Assembly: GCA_024696325.1 (NCBI GenBank)
Contig: JAILGY010000029.1
Coordinates: forward strand, 1 to 42,458
DNA from: a bacterium
GTDB taxonomy: Bacteria > Desulfobacterota > Desulfuromonadia > Desulfuromonadales > JAAYDE01
Direction of reading: 5' to 3'
DNA: 42,458 nucleotides
Below, one piece after another: positions 25,993-34,721 of this stretch (position 1 is its first letter; each line of letters opens with the position of its first letter). A model generated the notes under the pieces. That model made no database searches and was not told the origin of the DNA. It was given only the letters and a program-made list of their open reading frames with translations. The translations under genes and the position numbers were made by a program.

Positions 25993-27990
25993 ATGGCAAG
26001 AACGATGGCAAGGATTATGGTGTTGCTGCTGACGCCGCTGTGGCTTGGGGCGTTGGCGGCCCAGGGGCTTCTGGCTCAGGAAACGAAAGGCAGGGAACCG
26101 GCGCCGAAGGATTCGGTGGCACTGGAACCGGTGGTGGTCACTGCCACCCGTATGGAAACGCCGCTTCAGGAAGTGATCGGTTCCTGTACGGTCATTACCG
26201 CCGAGGAAATCGCCGCCAAACAGTACCGCACCGTGCAGGAGGCGCTCAAGAGCGTGCCGGGGCTGGATGTGGTGCGTGCGGGAGCCTTGGGGCAGCAAAC
26301 ATCGGTTTTTCTGCGGGGAGGCAATTCGGAACATGTATTGGTGCTGATCGACGGCGTGGTGGCCAACGATCCCTCCATGCCGGGGCGCAACTTTGATTTC
26401 GCGCATTTGACCACCGACAATGTTGAACGCATTGAGGTGATGCGTGGTCCGCAAAGCGTGCTGTATGGTTCGGATGCCATGACCGGCGTCATCCAGATCA
26501 TCACCCGGAAGGGGCAGGGTGGTCCCCATGCCCATGTCGCGCTGGAGGGCGGCAGCTTCCGTACCTTGCGCGAGTCGGCCGCCGTTTCCGGAAGCAAAAA
26601 ACGCGTCAACTATGCCCTTGCGGTTTCACGCACCGACAGTGACGGCATCAGTGCCGCCGCCAAAAAAGACGGCAACCATGAGCATGACGGCTACCAGAAT
26701 ACCGCTGTCTCGTTGCGGCTGGGCGTTCAACCCACGGAGAAATCCTATATCGATTTTATAGGCCGCTATCAGGATACCCGGACCGAGATGGACAACTTCG
26801 GCGGCCCTCTGGGCGATGATCCCAACTCGCTTGCCAATGCCCATTTTCTGCACTTGCGCCTGCAGGGGGGCTTGCGCCTTTGGGACGACCGGCTTGATAC
26901 CCGGTTGGCTGCCTCCTTGGCCGATTATCGCCGCAAGTATGACAATGATACCGATGCTTCGCATCCCGGCGACAGTTCTTACTCGACGTACGACAGCAGT
27001 CTGTACAAGTTCGAATGGCAGAATGATCTGCGGCTGGCCGAATGGAATACGCTTTCCCTGGGCGCGGAGTATCAGGAAGAGGAGATGAAGAGCCGCTATA
27101 GCTCGGAATCCGTCTATTATGGCATGAGCTACGTCTCTTCAGAGCGGTTTCCGGAAAAGTCCCGTTCACTTTCCAGTGTTTATCTGCAAGAGCAACTCCA
27201 GTGGCAGAAACGCTACTTTATCACTCTGGGGGCGCGTTTGGACGAACATGAGGATTTTGGCTCCAAGGCTACCTGGAAGGCGGCCGCCGCCTATATTGTG
27301 CCGGTGACGGAAAGCAAGCTGAGCGTTTCCTACGGAACAGCCTTCAAGGCGCCTTCGCTCTATCAGCTCTACGCCCATACCGACTATGTGCAGGGTAACC
27401 GGCATCTGGATCCGGAAGAAAACCGTGGCTGGGATATCCGTCTGGAACAGCCGCTGTGGGAGCGGAGGATCGTCTTGAGCGCAGCCTGGTTCCAGAACGA
27501 CTTCAAAAATCTGATTACCACCGATCTGGATGAAAACTGGGTCTACCGCTATGTCAACGTCAACCGGGCGCGGGCGCGTGGAGTCGAGCTGGAAGCCAGA
27601 ATCGCGCCGGTGGAACAGCTGGAATTTTCCGCAAGCTATACCTATACCGATACGGAGGATCGCGAAACCGGTCTGGATCTGCTGCGGCGGCCGCGGCACA
27701 AGTTCGCGTTCAACACGCATTGGCAGGTGCTGGAAAGCCTGGGCGCCGATCTGCAGCTGCTCTGCGTGGGGCGCCGCCGCGACACCTTCTACAACGAGGC
27801 GACCTACGAGTCGGGACGGGTGACGCTTGCCGGTTACGCGCTGCTCAACGCGGCGATCTCCTGGGACGTGACGAAGAACGTGCAGCTGCAGGCACGTGTG
27901 GAAAACCTGCTGGATCGCGACTATGAGGAGGTCTGGGGCTACGGCACTCCCGGCATAGGCGCCTACGCGGGAATTCGGGTTGGCATCTGA
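25993..27990 (+). CDS. btuB: TonB-dependent receptor, BtuB-like
   Basis: 665 aa counted from the ATG at 25993, which follows GAGGAGG. Signal peptide, then TonB box/plug DSVALEPVVVTATRMETP. B12 riboswitch upstream. Confidence 0.88.
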   Translation: MARTMARIMVLLLTPLWLGALAAQGLLAQETKGREPAPKDSVALEPVVVTATRMETPLQEVIGSCTVITAEEIAAKQYRTVQEALKSVPGLDVVRAGALGQQTSVFLRGGNSEHVLVLIDGVVANDPSMPGRNFDFAHLTTDNVERIEVMRGPQSVLYGSDAMTGVIQIITRKGQGGPHAHVALEGGSFRTLRESAAVSGSKKRVNYALAVSRTDSDGISAAAKKDGNHEHDGYQNTAVSLRLGVQPTEKSYIDFIGRYQDTRTEMDNFGGPLGDDPNSLANAHFLHLRLQGGLRLWDDRLDTRLAASLADYRRKYDNDTDASHPGDSSYSTYDSSLYKFEWQNDLRLAEWNTLSLGAEYQEEEMKSRYSSESVYYGMSYVSSERFPEKSRSLSSVYLQEQLQWQKRYFITLGARLDEHEDFGSKATWKAAAAYIVPVTESKLSVSYGTAFKAPSLYQLYAHTDYVQGNRHLDPEENRGWDIRLEQPLWERRIVLSAAWFQNDFKNLITTDLDENWVYRYVNVNRARARGVELEARIAPVEQLEFSASYTYTDTEDRETGLDLLRRPRHKFAFNTHWQVLESLGADLQLLCVGRRRDTFYNEATYESGRVTLAGYALLNAAISWDVTKNVQLQARVENLLDRDYEEVWGYGTPGIGAYAGIRVGI

Positions 27991-28020
27991 AAAAGCATGA
28001 GGCCTGATGTATTTTAAGGG

Positions 28021-28962
28021 ATGGATGTGATGCGCGGCGGGCGTTCTGCTTTTTTTGCGTTTGTACTCCTGGCTGCGGTGAGCCTTGCCTTTTGGTCTTC
28101 CGCTGCCAGCGCCCGCAGTGTGCGGGATGCGGTGGGGCGCCTTGTCGAGGTGCCGCAGACGCCGCGCCGCATCGTGTCGCTGGTGCCCAGCGTCACGGAA
28201 ATTCTTTATGCGGTAGGGGCGGAAAAGACGCTGGCGGGCATCACCGAGTTCAGCGACTATCCGCCCCGGGCCGCCCGCTTGCCCAGTGTGGGCCGCTACG
28301 ATCGCCCGAGTCTGGAGGCAATCGTGGCGTTGAAGCCCGATTTGGTGTTTGCCACCGCCGACTGTCACTCGCGCGGGTTTGTGGGCGCGCTCGAGAAATT
28401 GGGATTGGCCGTCTACGTGGTGTATGCGCGCAGTATCTCCGCCACCCTGAACGATATCCGCATCCTGGCGGAACTTGCCGGCCGGGCCAGGGAGGGGCAG
28501 GCGCTCGCGGATTCTATGGAACGGGAACTTGCGGCGATGCGGATGCGGAGCGCCGGCCGTCAAAGGCCGAAGGTGGTGCTCTGCATCATGCTGCGTCCGC
28601 TGATGGTCTGCACGCCGCGCACCCTGGGCGGAGAACTGCTGGCAGCGGCCGGAGCGGACAATCTGGTGCCGGATGGCGGCGCTTCCTATCCGGTCTGGAG
28701 CCGCGAAGCTCTGCTTGCCGCCGATCCGGATATCATTATTGCGGTCTCCCACGCGCAGGATGAGGATCCGGCGGCCTTTTTCCGCGTCCATGCCCCGGCG
28801 CTTGCCGGGCGGGTGCGGGTTGTTCCCGCCGACTGGCTCTGCCGTCCAGGCCCGCGTCTGCTTCTTGGGCTGCGGGCACTGGAGCGGGCGCTGGACGGTT
28901 GGGCATCTCGCCGGAATGAAACAGGGGACATGGGCCATGATCAAAATCGGGGGAAAATTTAA
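28021..28962 (+). CDS. Periplasmic cobalamin/siderophore-type substrate-binding protein (BtuF-like)
   Basis: Signal peptide. IVSLVPSVTEILYAVGAEKTLAGITEFSDYP is typical of Peripla_BP_2 proteins. Confidence 0.8.
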   Translation: MDVMRGGRSAFFAFVLLAAVSLAFWSSAASARSVRDAVGRLVEVPQTPRRIVSLVPSVTEILYAVGAEKTLAGITEFSDYPPRAARLPSVGRYDRPSLEAIVALKPDLVFATADCHSRGFVGALEKLGLAVYVVYARSISATLNDIRILAELAGRAREGQALADSMERELAAMRMRSAGRQRPKVVLCIMLRPLMVCTPRTLGGELLAAAGADNLVPDGGASYPVWSREALLAADPDIIIAVSHAQDEDPAAFFRVHAPALAGRVRVVPADWLCRPGPRLLLGLRALERALDGWASRRNETGDMGHDQNRGKI

Positions 28963-30139
28963 TACGGCGTTCTGCTACACGAATGAACTGGAAGAACTTG
29001 CCGCCGGGCAGATACGTGCTGTCTGCGATCAGGAAGCCTTCAAGGACTGCAGGATCCGCATAATGCCCGACGTGCATGCCGGCAAGGGCTGCACCATTGG
29101 CACCACCATGACCATCAGGGACAAAATCGTCCCGGGCATGGTTGGCGTCGATATTGGCTGCGGCATGGAAACGGTCAGGCTCAAAGAGCGCAGCGTTGAC
29201 TTTTCCAGACTTGACGATCTGATTCGCCGTCAAATCCCGTCCGGGCAGGATATCCGCAAGACCCCCTACGCGCCGAAGATCATGGAGAGCCTGCGAGAAC
29301 TGCGCTGCGCGGATCAGGTTAAGCTGGACAGGGCGGTTCACAGTGTCGGCACGCTTGGAGGCGGCAATCACTTCATCGAGCTCGACTGTGATGATGAAGG
29401 CTGCCTGTACCTCGTTGTGCATTCCGGCTCTAGGCATATCGGACTTGAAGTGGCCGAATACTACCAGAATCAGGGACGATACGCCCTGTGGGGAGGTGCC
29501 CGGTATCAGCTCAATGCCATGATAGAGGAACTCAAGGCGGCTGGCCGGCACTGGGAAATCGAGCCGATGATACGAAAAATGCGCAAGGAGCATCCGATCG
29601 ATATTCCGAAGGACCTTGCCTATGTCGAGGGCAGGCTCTTTGATGAGTATATCCATGATATGAGGATCGTCCAGGGCTTTGCCATGGAAAATCGCCGGGC
29701 GATGGTGCAGACGATCGTGAAAGGTCTCCATTTGACACCAGAGGAACAGTTCACGACCATCCATAACTATATCGACACGGAAAGCATGATCCTGCGCAAG
29801 GGATCCGTTTCCGCCCGGAAGCATGAAAAACTCCTCATCCCGATCAACATGCGCGATGGCAGTCTAATATGTCTTGGCAAGGGCAACCCGGACTGGAACT
29901 GTTCCGCTCCGCACGGAGCGGGAAGGCTCATGTCCCGCAAGGCCGCGATGAACTCACTTTCGCTGGAAGAATACCGCTCCGAAATGTCGGGCATCTTTTC
30001 GACCTGTGTATCGAAAGCTACGCTTGATGAAGCGCCCATGGCCTACAAGAGCATGAATGATATCGTTGATCATATAGGCCCGACCGCCGACATTGTGAAG
30101 CGGATCCAACCGGTCTACAACTTCAAGGCCGCCGAATAA
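28937..30139 (+). CDS. rtcB: RtcB-family RNA 3'-phosphate ligase (short, about 400 aa)
   Basis: MIKIGGKFNTAFCYT N-terminus, typical of short RtcB proteins. MPDVHAGKGCTIG, GGGNHFIE and APHGAGR motifs. The start overlaps the btuF-like gene by 26 nt. Confidence 0.88.
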   Translation: MIKIGGKFNTAFCYTNELEELAAGQIRAVCDQEAFKDCRIRIMPDVHAGKGCTIGTTMTIRDKIVPGMVGVDIGCGMETVRLKERSVDFSRLDDLIRRQIPSGQDIRKTPYAPKIMESLRELRCADQVKLDRAVHSVGTLGGGNHFIELDCDDEGCLYLVVHSGSRHIGLEVAEYYQNQGRYALWGGARYQLNAMIEELKAAGRHWEIEPMIRKMRKEHPIDIPKDLAYVEGRLFDEYIHDMRIVQGFAMENRRAMVQTIVKGLHLTPEEQFTTIHNYIDTESMILRKGSVSARKHEKLLIPINMRDGSLICLGKGNPDWNCSAPHGAGRLMSRKAAMNSLSLEEYRSEMSGIFSTCVSKATLDEAPMAYKSMNDIVDHIGPTADIVKRIQPVYNFKAAE

Positions 30140-30279
30140 AATCGGGCTTGTAAAATATCCATGGAATTGACTACGGAATTGTTCTCCCCCAATTGGACAG
30201 GTATGCTATACTGGTTTCAGTGGTGAAAAAGGAAAAGAGGCTGTAATCTTTGGTAAAATCATTAACAATGGAGGTCCCC

Positions 30280-30669
30280 ATGCGCTTTTTCGTTGCACTG
30301 TCTTTGGTCCTTTTCTTCGCTTTTCCCGGTTGGGCCGTTGGCGGTTTCCAGGGCGGCGCTTCATCTGCCGGCCAGGGAGGCTTCCAGGGTCCCGGTGGGC
30401 AAGCCGGTGTAACCACCGTAGCTCAGGCCAAATCTGCCAGGGATGATACCCCGGTTGTACTTACAGGACATATTGTAAGCCGTGCGGGGGGGGATCACGA
30501 GCATTACCTGTTCCGCGACTCTACGGGAGAAATAGTAGTGGACATTGACGACGAGCTGTTCCTGGGGCGCACTGTCACGCCACAAACGACCGTCCGCCTG
30601 TACGGTGAAGTTGACAAGGAACTGATGGAACGGACAAAGATTGACGTAAAGAGTTTGGAAATCCAATAA
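30280..30669 (+). CDS. YgiW/YdeI-family periplasmic OB-fold stress protein
   Basis: Signal peptide MRFFVALSLVLFFAFPGWA, Gly-rich linker and OB-fold region (VVLTGHIV...YLFRDSTGEIVVDIDD). GGAGG SD before the ATG at 30280. Confidence 0.8.
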   Translation: MRFFVALSLVLFFAFPGWAVGGFQGGASSAGQGGFQGPGGQAGVTTVAQAKSARDDTPVVLTGHIVSRAGGDHEHYLFRDSTGEIVVDIDDELFLGRTVTPQTTVRLYGEVDKELMERTKIDVKSLEIQ

Positions 30670-30697
30670 CGGTGTCTTTAATCGTCCAGAGATTGAG

Positions 30698-30731
30698 AAG
30701 CCCCCGGCAGAGTCCGGGGGCTTACTTTTTT
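30698..30731 (+). terminator. Rho-independent terminator
   Basis: AAGCCCCCGG-cagagt-CCGGGGGCTT followed by acTTTTTT. Confidence 0.8.
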
Positions 30732-30855
30732 CCAGACAAGCCTGCAGCAATTGTTGCATGAAGCGGTTGAAGCGCGGAGCATACCGTTGAATGGCATTCC
30801 CAAAGATTTGTTATAACACCGCGCGGGGGCGTATTCGATATTGTAAAACATTGTA

Positions 30856-30884
30856 TTTACATCGTTTGCGATACGGCGTATGAT
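30856..30884 (+). promoter_or_regulatory. Sigma70-like promoter of the dinJ-yafQ operon, with an overlapping short inverted repeat
   Basis: TTTACA (30856-30861), 17-nt spacer, TATGAT (30879-30884). The inverted repeat TGTAAA-N8-TTTACA (30842-30861) overlaps the -35 element. Confidence 0.5.
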
Positions 30885-30910
30885 ATATCGAAAACAAGGA
30901 AAGGAGATGA

Positions 30911-31198
30911 ATGAAAATGGCTACAGCCAATATTAACGTCCGTGTCGATAGCGAGTTGAAAGCCCAGGCGGAATCCCTGTTTTCTGATCTCGGTATGAAT
31001 ATGTCCACGGCTATTATCATGTTTCTTAAAAGTGCGGTGAGCCATGACGGATTACCGTTTGAAGTGAGGAGAGCAACGCCAAATGCCGAGACACGCGCCG
31101 CTCTTTCCGAATATGCAGAAATGAAAGAGAATCCGGCAGCCTATAAGCGATATGATTCCTTTGACGACGCCTTGAACGAGGTTCTCGCCGATGCTTAG
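30911..31198 (+). CDS. dinJ: RelB/DinJ-family antitoxin
   Basis: ANINVRVDSELKAQAESLFSDLGMNMSTAIIMFL resembles E. coli DinJ. The start may be 30917. Confidence 0.85.
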   Translation: MKMATANINVRVDSELKAQAESLFSDLGMNMSTAIIMFLKSAVSHDGLPFEVRRATPNAETRAALSEYAEMKENPAAYKRYDSFDDALNEVLADA

Positions 31199-31463
31199 AG
31201 TCGTCCTGTCAAACCACTTCAAAAAAGATTTAAAATATGCACAGAAACGCGGACTAAACCTTGATCTGTTACGGATGGTTGTCAACACGTTGGCTGATGG
31301 AAAGAAACTGGACAAAAAGTATCGTGACCATGAATTGACCGGAGATTATGTCGGATTTCGGGAGTGCCATGTGCAACCGGACTGGCTCCTGGTGTACCGG
31401 ATCGAGCAGGAGGAACTGGAACTTTTTCTTTTCCGCACAGGCTCACATTCGGATTTGTTCTGA
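31191..31463 (+). CDS. yafQ: YafQ-family mRNA interferase toxin
   Basis: KKDLKYAQKRG...YRDHELTGDYVGFRECHVQPDWLLVY...RTGSHSDLF closely parallels E. coli YafQ. 8-nt overlap with the antitoxin gene. Confidence 0.88.
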   Translation: MLRVVLSNHFKKDLKYAQKRGLNLDLLRMVVNTLADGKKLDKKYRDHELTGDYVGFRECHVQPDWLLVYRIEQEELELFLFRTGSHSDLF

Positions 31464-31503
31464 CGGAAAATGCTCTAAAGAAACAAATTTTTCAGGTTGT
31501 CAT

Positions 31504-31537
31504 GCGCCTCATCCCGCGAGGGATGAGGCGCTTTTTT
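31504..31537 (+). terminator. Rho-independent terminator
   Basis: GCGCCTCATCCC-gcga-GGGATGAGGCGC followed by TTTTTT. Confidence 0.8.
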
Positions 31538-31567
31538 CATGGACACCGTGAAGCCGCTTGCCAGAGA

Positions 31568-32905
31568 TCAGGCTATTTCATACGCGGAAAGATCGACCGG
31601 TTTGTACGCGATCTTTTCATAGCGGGCGGGCTTGGGCACGGGGTATGTGCAGTCAAAGCCGATTTTCGCACCGATGTTGTCTTTGACGGTGGGATTGAGT
31701 TCGTGGCAGAAGGCGTTCTGGATGATGATCACGTCTTTTGCGGGATCGCAGCGCGTGACCATGGCCCGTTCCACGTCTTCCGGGTCGTAAACGTTGACGT
31801 CGCTGTTGACGACGCGAACCATCTGCAGCGGCGGAAAAGCAGCAAAGGCCGCGAGGATGGCGTTCTTCGCCATGCCGTTCCTGGGCGGATCCAGCTGCAG
31901 CACGGCTCCATAATGGCTGCCGCCGTGCGTCAGGTAAACCTTCTTCAGACCGGGGACCTGGCGGGATATCGTCTGGAACATGTTCGCCTCTACGCCGAGT
32001 CCGACGGAATTCCATACTTCACGGCCGGGGTGCAACATGTGGATCACCGGCGATTCGTTCAGCGTGATGGCTTTGATGTGCACCACCCAGCGGTCTTCCC
32101 GTGTGGCATAGTAGCCGCTGACTTCACCAAAAGGGCCTTCCGGCTCGCGCACATGCGGCAGGATCTCCGCTTCCATGATCATCTGGGAATCGGCGATGCC
32201 CTCAACCTCAACGGTGCGGCTGCGGCACAGGCGGGCCGGCTCTCCAAGGAGATAGGAGGCGACGGCAAGTTCGTCCACGTCGATCGGGGCGGCGGCGCTG
32301 GGTGTGATGGCCGCGACATAGAAGGCGGGATGGGGGCCGTTGTTGATGGTGATTTCCAGGGGTTTGCCCATGGCCTCGGCGCGTTCGTAGTAATTGCGCA
32401 GGTGGCGGCCCACATCCATGAGCAGCCCGAGGCGGTCCTTGCCCGTGACCATCAGCCTGTGCACGGAGGTATTGCGTACGCCGGTTTCCGGATCCCGTGC
32501 AATGACGACGCAGTTGGAGAAGTAGGGTCCGCCGTCGCGCAGGGCGTGGGTCGGGACAGGTATGCTCGTGAGGTCCGGCGTATCCATGACAATGGACTGG
32601 GCCGGCGCGTTCTCAACGACAACGGGCGCGACAGGGTTGGAATGCAGCGCGGCCACGGCATCCGAAAAGAGGAAGGAAAGCCTTTCGGTTTCGCATCCGA
32701 ACACGCAGGCAAGGTTGTCCCTGTTCCACCACAGGCCCGTGACCACGGGGTATTCCGAACCCTTGACGCGGTCGAACTGTACAACCTTGCCGCCCTCAAG
32801 TCGCGCGGCGATTCCGGAAAGTTCATGCACGGGATCGACTTCGGTCTTCACATGGCACAGGCGTCCTTCCGATTCCAGTTTTCTGAGGCAGTCCTTAAGA
32901 TTCAT
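31568..32905 (-). CDS. UbiD-family (prenyl-FMN-dependent) decarboxylase
   Basis: 445 aa. UbiD-like N-terminus LKDCLRKLESEGRL..VKTEVDP. AAAGGAG SD. ATGA overlap with the upstream small gene. Confidence 0.85.
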   Translation of the reverse strand: MNLKDCLRKLESEGRLCHVKTEVDPVHELSGIAARLEGGKVVQFDRVKGSEYPVVTGLWWNRDNLACVFGCETERLSFLFSDAVAALHSNPVAPVVVENAPAQSIVMDTPDLTSIPVPTHALRDGGPYFSNCVVIARDPETGVRNTSVHRLMVTGKDRLGLLMDVGRHLRNYYERAEAMGKPLEITINNGPHPAFYVAAITPSAAAPIDVDELAVASYLLGEPARLCRSRTVEVEGIADSQMIMEAEILPHVREPEGPFGEVSGYYATREDRWVVHIKAITLNESPVIHMLHPGREVWNSVGLGVEANMFQTISRQVPGLKKVYLTHGGSHYGAVLQLDPPRNGMAKNAILAAFAAFPPLQMVRVVNSDVNVYDPEDVERAMVTRCDPAKDVIIIQNAFCHELNPTVKDNIGAKIGFDCTYPVPKPARYEKIAYKPVDLSAYEIA

Positions 32906-33285
32906 GGTAGAGCTCCTTTAAGCAGTGCAGCCAGTTTTAAGGTGGCATCTTCGGCGTTCCGCAAAAGATGCGTTATTTCTTCTCCGGAAGCATGGTCTAT
33001 ATGAATGCCTGCCGTCATGCAGACGGGGCGTCCGGTCGCCTTGCACAGGCCCATGGCCAGCCTGTGCGCGACCGTGTCGTCCCTGTGTCCCGGCGCGCCG
33101 AGCACGCTGGCCCATGCCGTAACGCCGCTGCCATCGTCCTGGCAGGGAAAAGCCAGGGCGGCGGCTCCTATGTGCGGCCGGCTGCCCCCATACAGGCAGA
33201 CCAGGATATCGTCGCCGATACAGGATGCCTCGGCCGTGACGGCAAGCAGGCCTTCGCCGGAAGATACCGAAACGTTTTTTTTCAT
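32902..33285 (-). CDS. Small UbiD-associated protein, LpdD-like (candidate prenylated-flavin chaperone/subunit)
   Basis: 127 aa, located between ubiX and the ubiD-family gene as in LpdB-LpdD-LpdC-type clusters. GGSRPHIGAAAL segment. The assignment rests on context plus my recollection of the family. Confidence 0.5.
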   Translation of the reverse strand: MKKNVSVSSGEGLLAVTAEASCIGDDILVCLYGGSRPHIGAAALAFPCQDDGSGVTAWASVLGAPGHRDDTVAHRLAMGLCKATGRPVCMTAGIHIDHASGEEITHLLRNAEDATLKLAALLKGALP

Positions 33286-33286
33286 G

Positions 33287-33850
33287 TCAGCCTCCCTGCC
33301 AGGCGCGGAAAGCCGGAGGCGTAATGCCGATACTCATCAGCGCCTTGCCAAGAATGTGATCGATATGGTCTGTCACGGACCGGGGCTTGTTGTAAAAAGT
33401 GAGCACGGGAGGGATGATGACGCAGCCGGCCTCGCTTGCCGTGAGCATATTGCGCAGGTGAATTCGGCTGAGCGGCATTTCTCTGGGGATGGCAACGACC
33501 TTTCTTCCTTCCTTGAGGCAGACGTCCGCCGCCCTCTGCAGGAGGTTATCCGTGTATCCGCTCGCCAGAGCCGCCATGGTCTTCATGCTGCATGGGGCAA
33601 TGATCATGCCGTCGGTGAAGAACGAACCGCTTGCAATGACTGCCGCCATGTCGTCGGCGTTATGAAAGAAGCTGACGAGTTCTCTGAGCTGGACGAGGGG
33701 AGGGCAGCCTTCGAGGGCGAGGTTGCGCTCGGCGGAAGGAGTGACCACCAAGTGTGTTTCCACATCGGGCAGGGTACTCAGGATCTGCAGGAGCCGCACG
33801 CCGATGCTGCACCCGTCTGCCCCGGTAATACCTACTATCAGTCGTTTCAC
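33287..33850 (-). CDS. ubiX: UbiX-family flavin prenyltransferase
   Basis: KRLIVGITGADG N-terminus. 187 aa. GTG start after GGAGG. Confidence 0.88.
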   Translation of the reverse strand: MKRLIVGITGADGCSIGVRLLQILSTLPDVETHLVVTPSAERNLALEGCPPLVQLRELVSFFHNADDMAAVIASGSFFTDGMIIAPCSMKTMAALASGYTDNLLQRAADVCLKEGRKVVAIPREMPLSRIHLRNMLTASEAGCVIIPPVLTFYNKPRSVTDHIDHILGKALMSIGITPPAFRAWQGG

Positions 33851-34055
33851 GCTGCCTCCGCGTTGTTTCGGAGCGACGCTGGCTTCGCCGCCCTGAACAT
33901 GGCGTCACTGCGGTGCCTGCCTGAACGAGATGGGGAGGCCCCTGTCGTTCAGGCTTTGCCATAATTTACACCACCCCATTATAACAAATTATGTTATGAT
34001 AATACAAAAGATAATGCAAGAGGATACGGCACAGAAAGGCCATCCGGCATCGCCA

Positions 34056-34256
34056 ATTCTGGACGCCCGTGCGCATTTTCCGGAGGCGGGCTTCGCGGAT
34101 CTGTACAATCCGCTCACCATGCCGCCGGAACTCCTGAAGGCCCATCAGGCAAACGACCGCGCCGTCATGGCGGCTTACGGCTTCAAAAAGAACATGACAG
34201 AAAAGGAGACTGTCGCGGAGCTTATGTGCCGCGACCGGAAGATGGCAGAGGCGTGA
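34056..34256 (+). pseudogene. C-terminal remnant of an MmeI/PglX-type (type IIL / BREX-like) DNA methyltransferase
   Basis: ILDARAHFPEAGFADLYNPLTMPPELLKAHQANDRAVMAAYGF matches the conserved C-terminal tail of MmeI-family enzymes. There is no upstream body, and the sequence before it is a low-GC junction. Confidence 0.6.
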
Positions 34257-34293
34257 TGAAGAGCAATTTGGGCCCGGGGAGAAGGACGCTCCG

Positions 34294-34710
34294 CTATTCT
34301 ACCGTCACCTTGCCGAGGGGATCGACCCTCGTGACAAGGTGCACGGGGAACACCGCGTCCCCCTCATAGCATAATTCCGCGTTAAGCGAGAACACCATTT
34401 GCAGGGGGGCTTCGCCGTCCGGGGTAAAGCGCACCTCCACATGCCGCAGCCGCGGCTCGCAGCGCTCGATGAAGGCGGCGATTTCCTGTTCCACCTGCGG
34501 CATGTCCTCATTGGAAAAGGCCAGGCCGGCGCTGGTGAAGTCGGGGATGCCAAAATCCTCGTCAAGCACGGTGCTGCCCTTGCGCGTGTTCAGGATTTTG
34601 CCCACATAGTCGGTAACAGAGTGCAGCACTTCATCCGGCGACGCCGCCACGCGGCGCTCCGGATCCCTCTGCATCTTCCGCAGGCGCTCTAAAAAACGCA
34701 GGCCGGCCAT
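34294..34710 (-). CDS. tssE: T6SS baseplate subunit TssE (gp25-like)
   Basis: 139 aa counted from the ATG at 34710, which follows AAGAGGA. LERLR...SVTDYVGKILNTRKGS...PDFT is typical of TssE/GPW_gp25. Confidence 0.85.
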   Translation of the reverse strand: MAGLRFLERLRKMQRDPERRVAASPDEVLHSVTDYVGKILNTRKGSTVLDEDFGIPDFTSAGLAFSNEDMPQVEQEIAAFIERCEPRLRHVEVRFTPDGEAPLQMVFSLNAELCYEGDAVFPVHLVTRVDPLGKVTVE

Positions 34711-34721
34711 CGCTTGTCCTC

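Noticed and set aside
28673-28936. 88-codon N-terminal extension of rtcB
   Set aside because: It lies out of frame within the btuF-like coding region, and short RtcB proteins start at M-I-K-I-G-G-K-F-N-like sequences.
27166-28944. 592-aa minus-strand ORF
   Set aside because: It is antisense to the btuB 3' end and the btuF-like gene, with a low-complexity Arg/Pro/Gly-rich translation.
31364-33964. 546-aa and 319-aa plus-strand ORFs
   Set aside because: They are antisense shadows of ubiD, the LpdD-like gene and ubiX. They also run through the dinJ-yafQ terminator.
33930-34055. Treating the 108-aa ORF as an intact small gene
   Set aside because: Only the last ~65 residues resemble anything (an MmeI/PglX C-terminus). 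The first ~40 residues are read from an AT-rich junction with no SD. It is called a pseudogene fragment instead.
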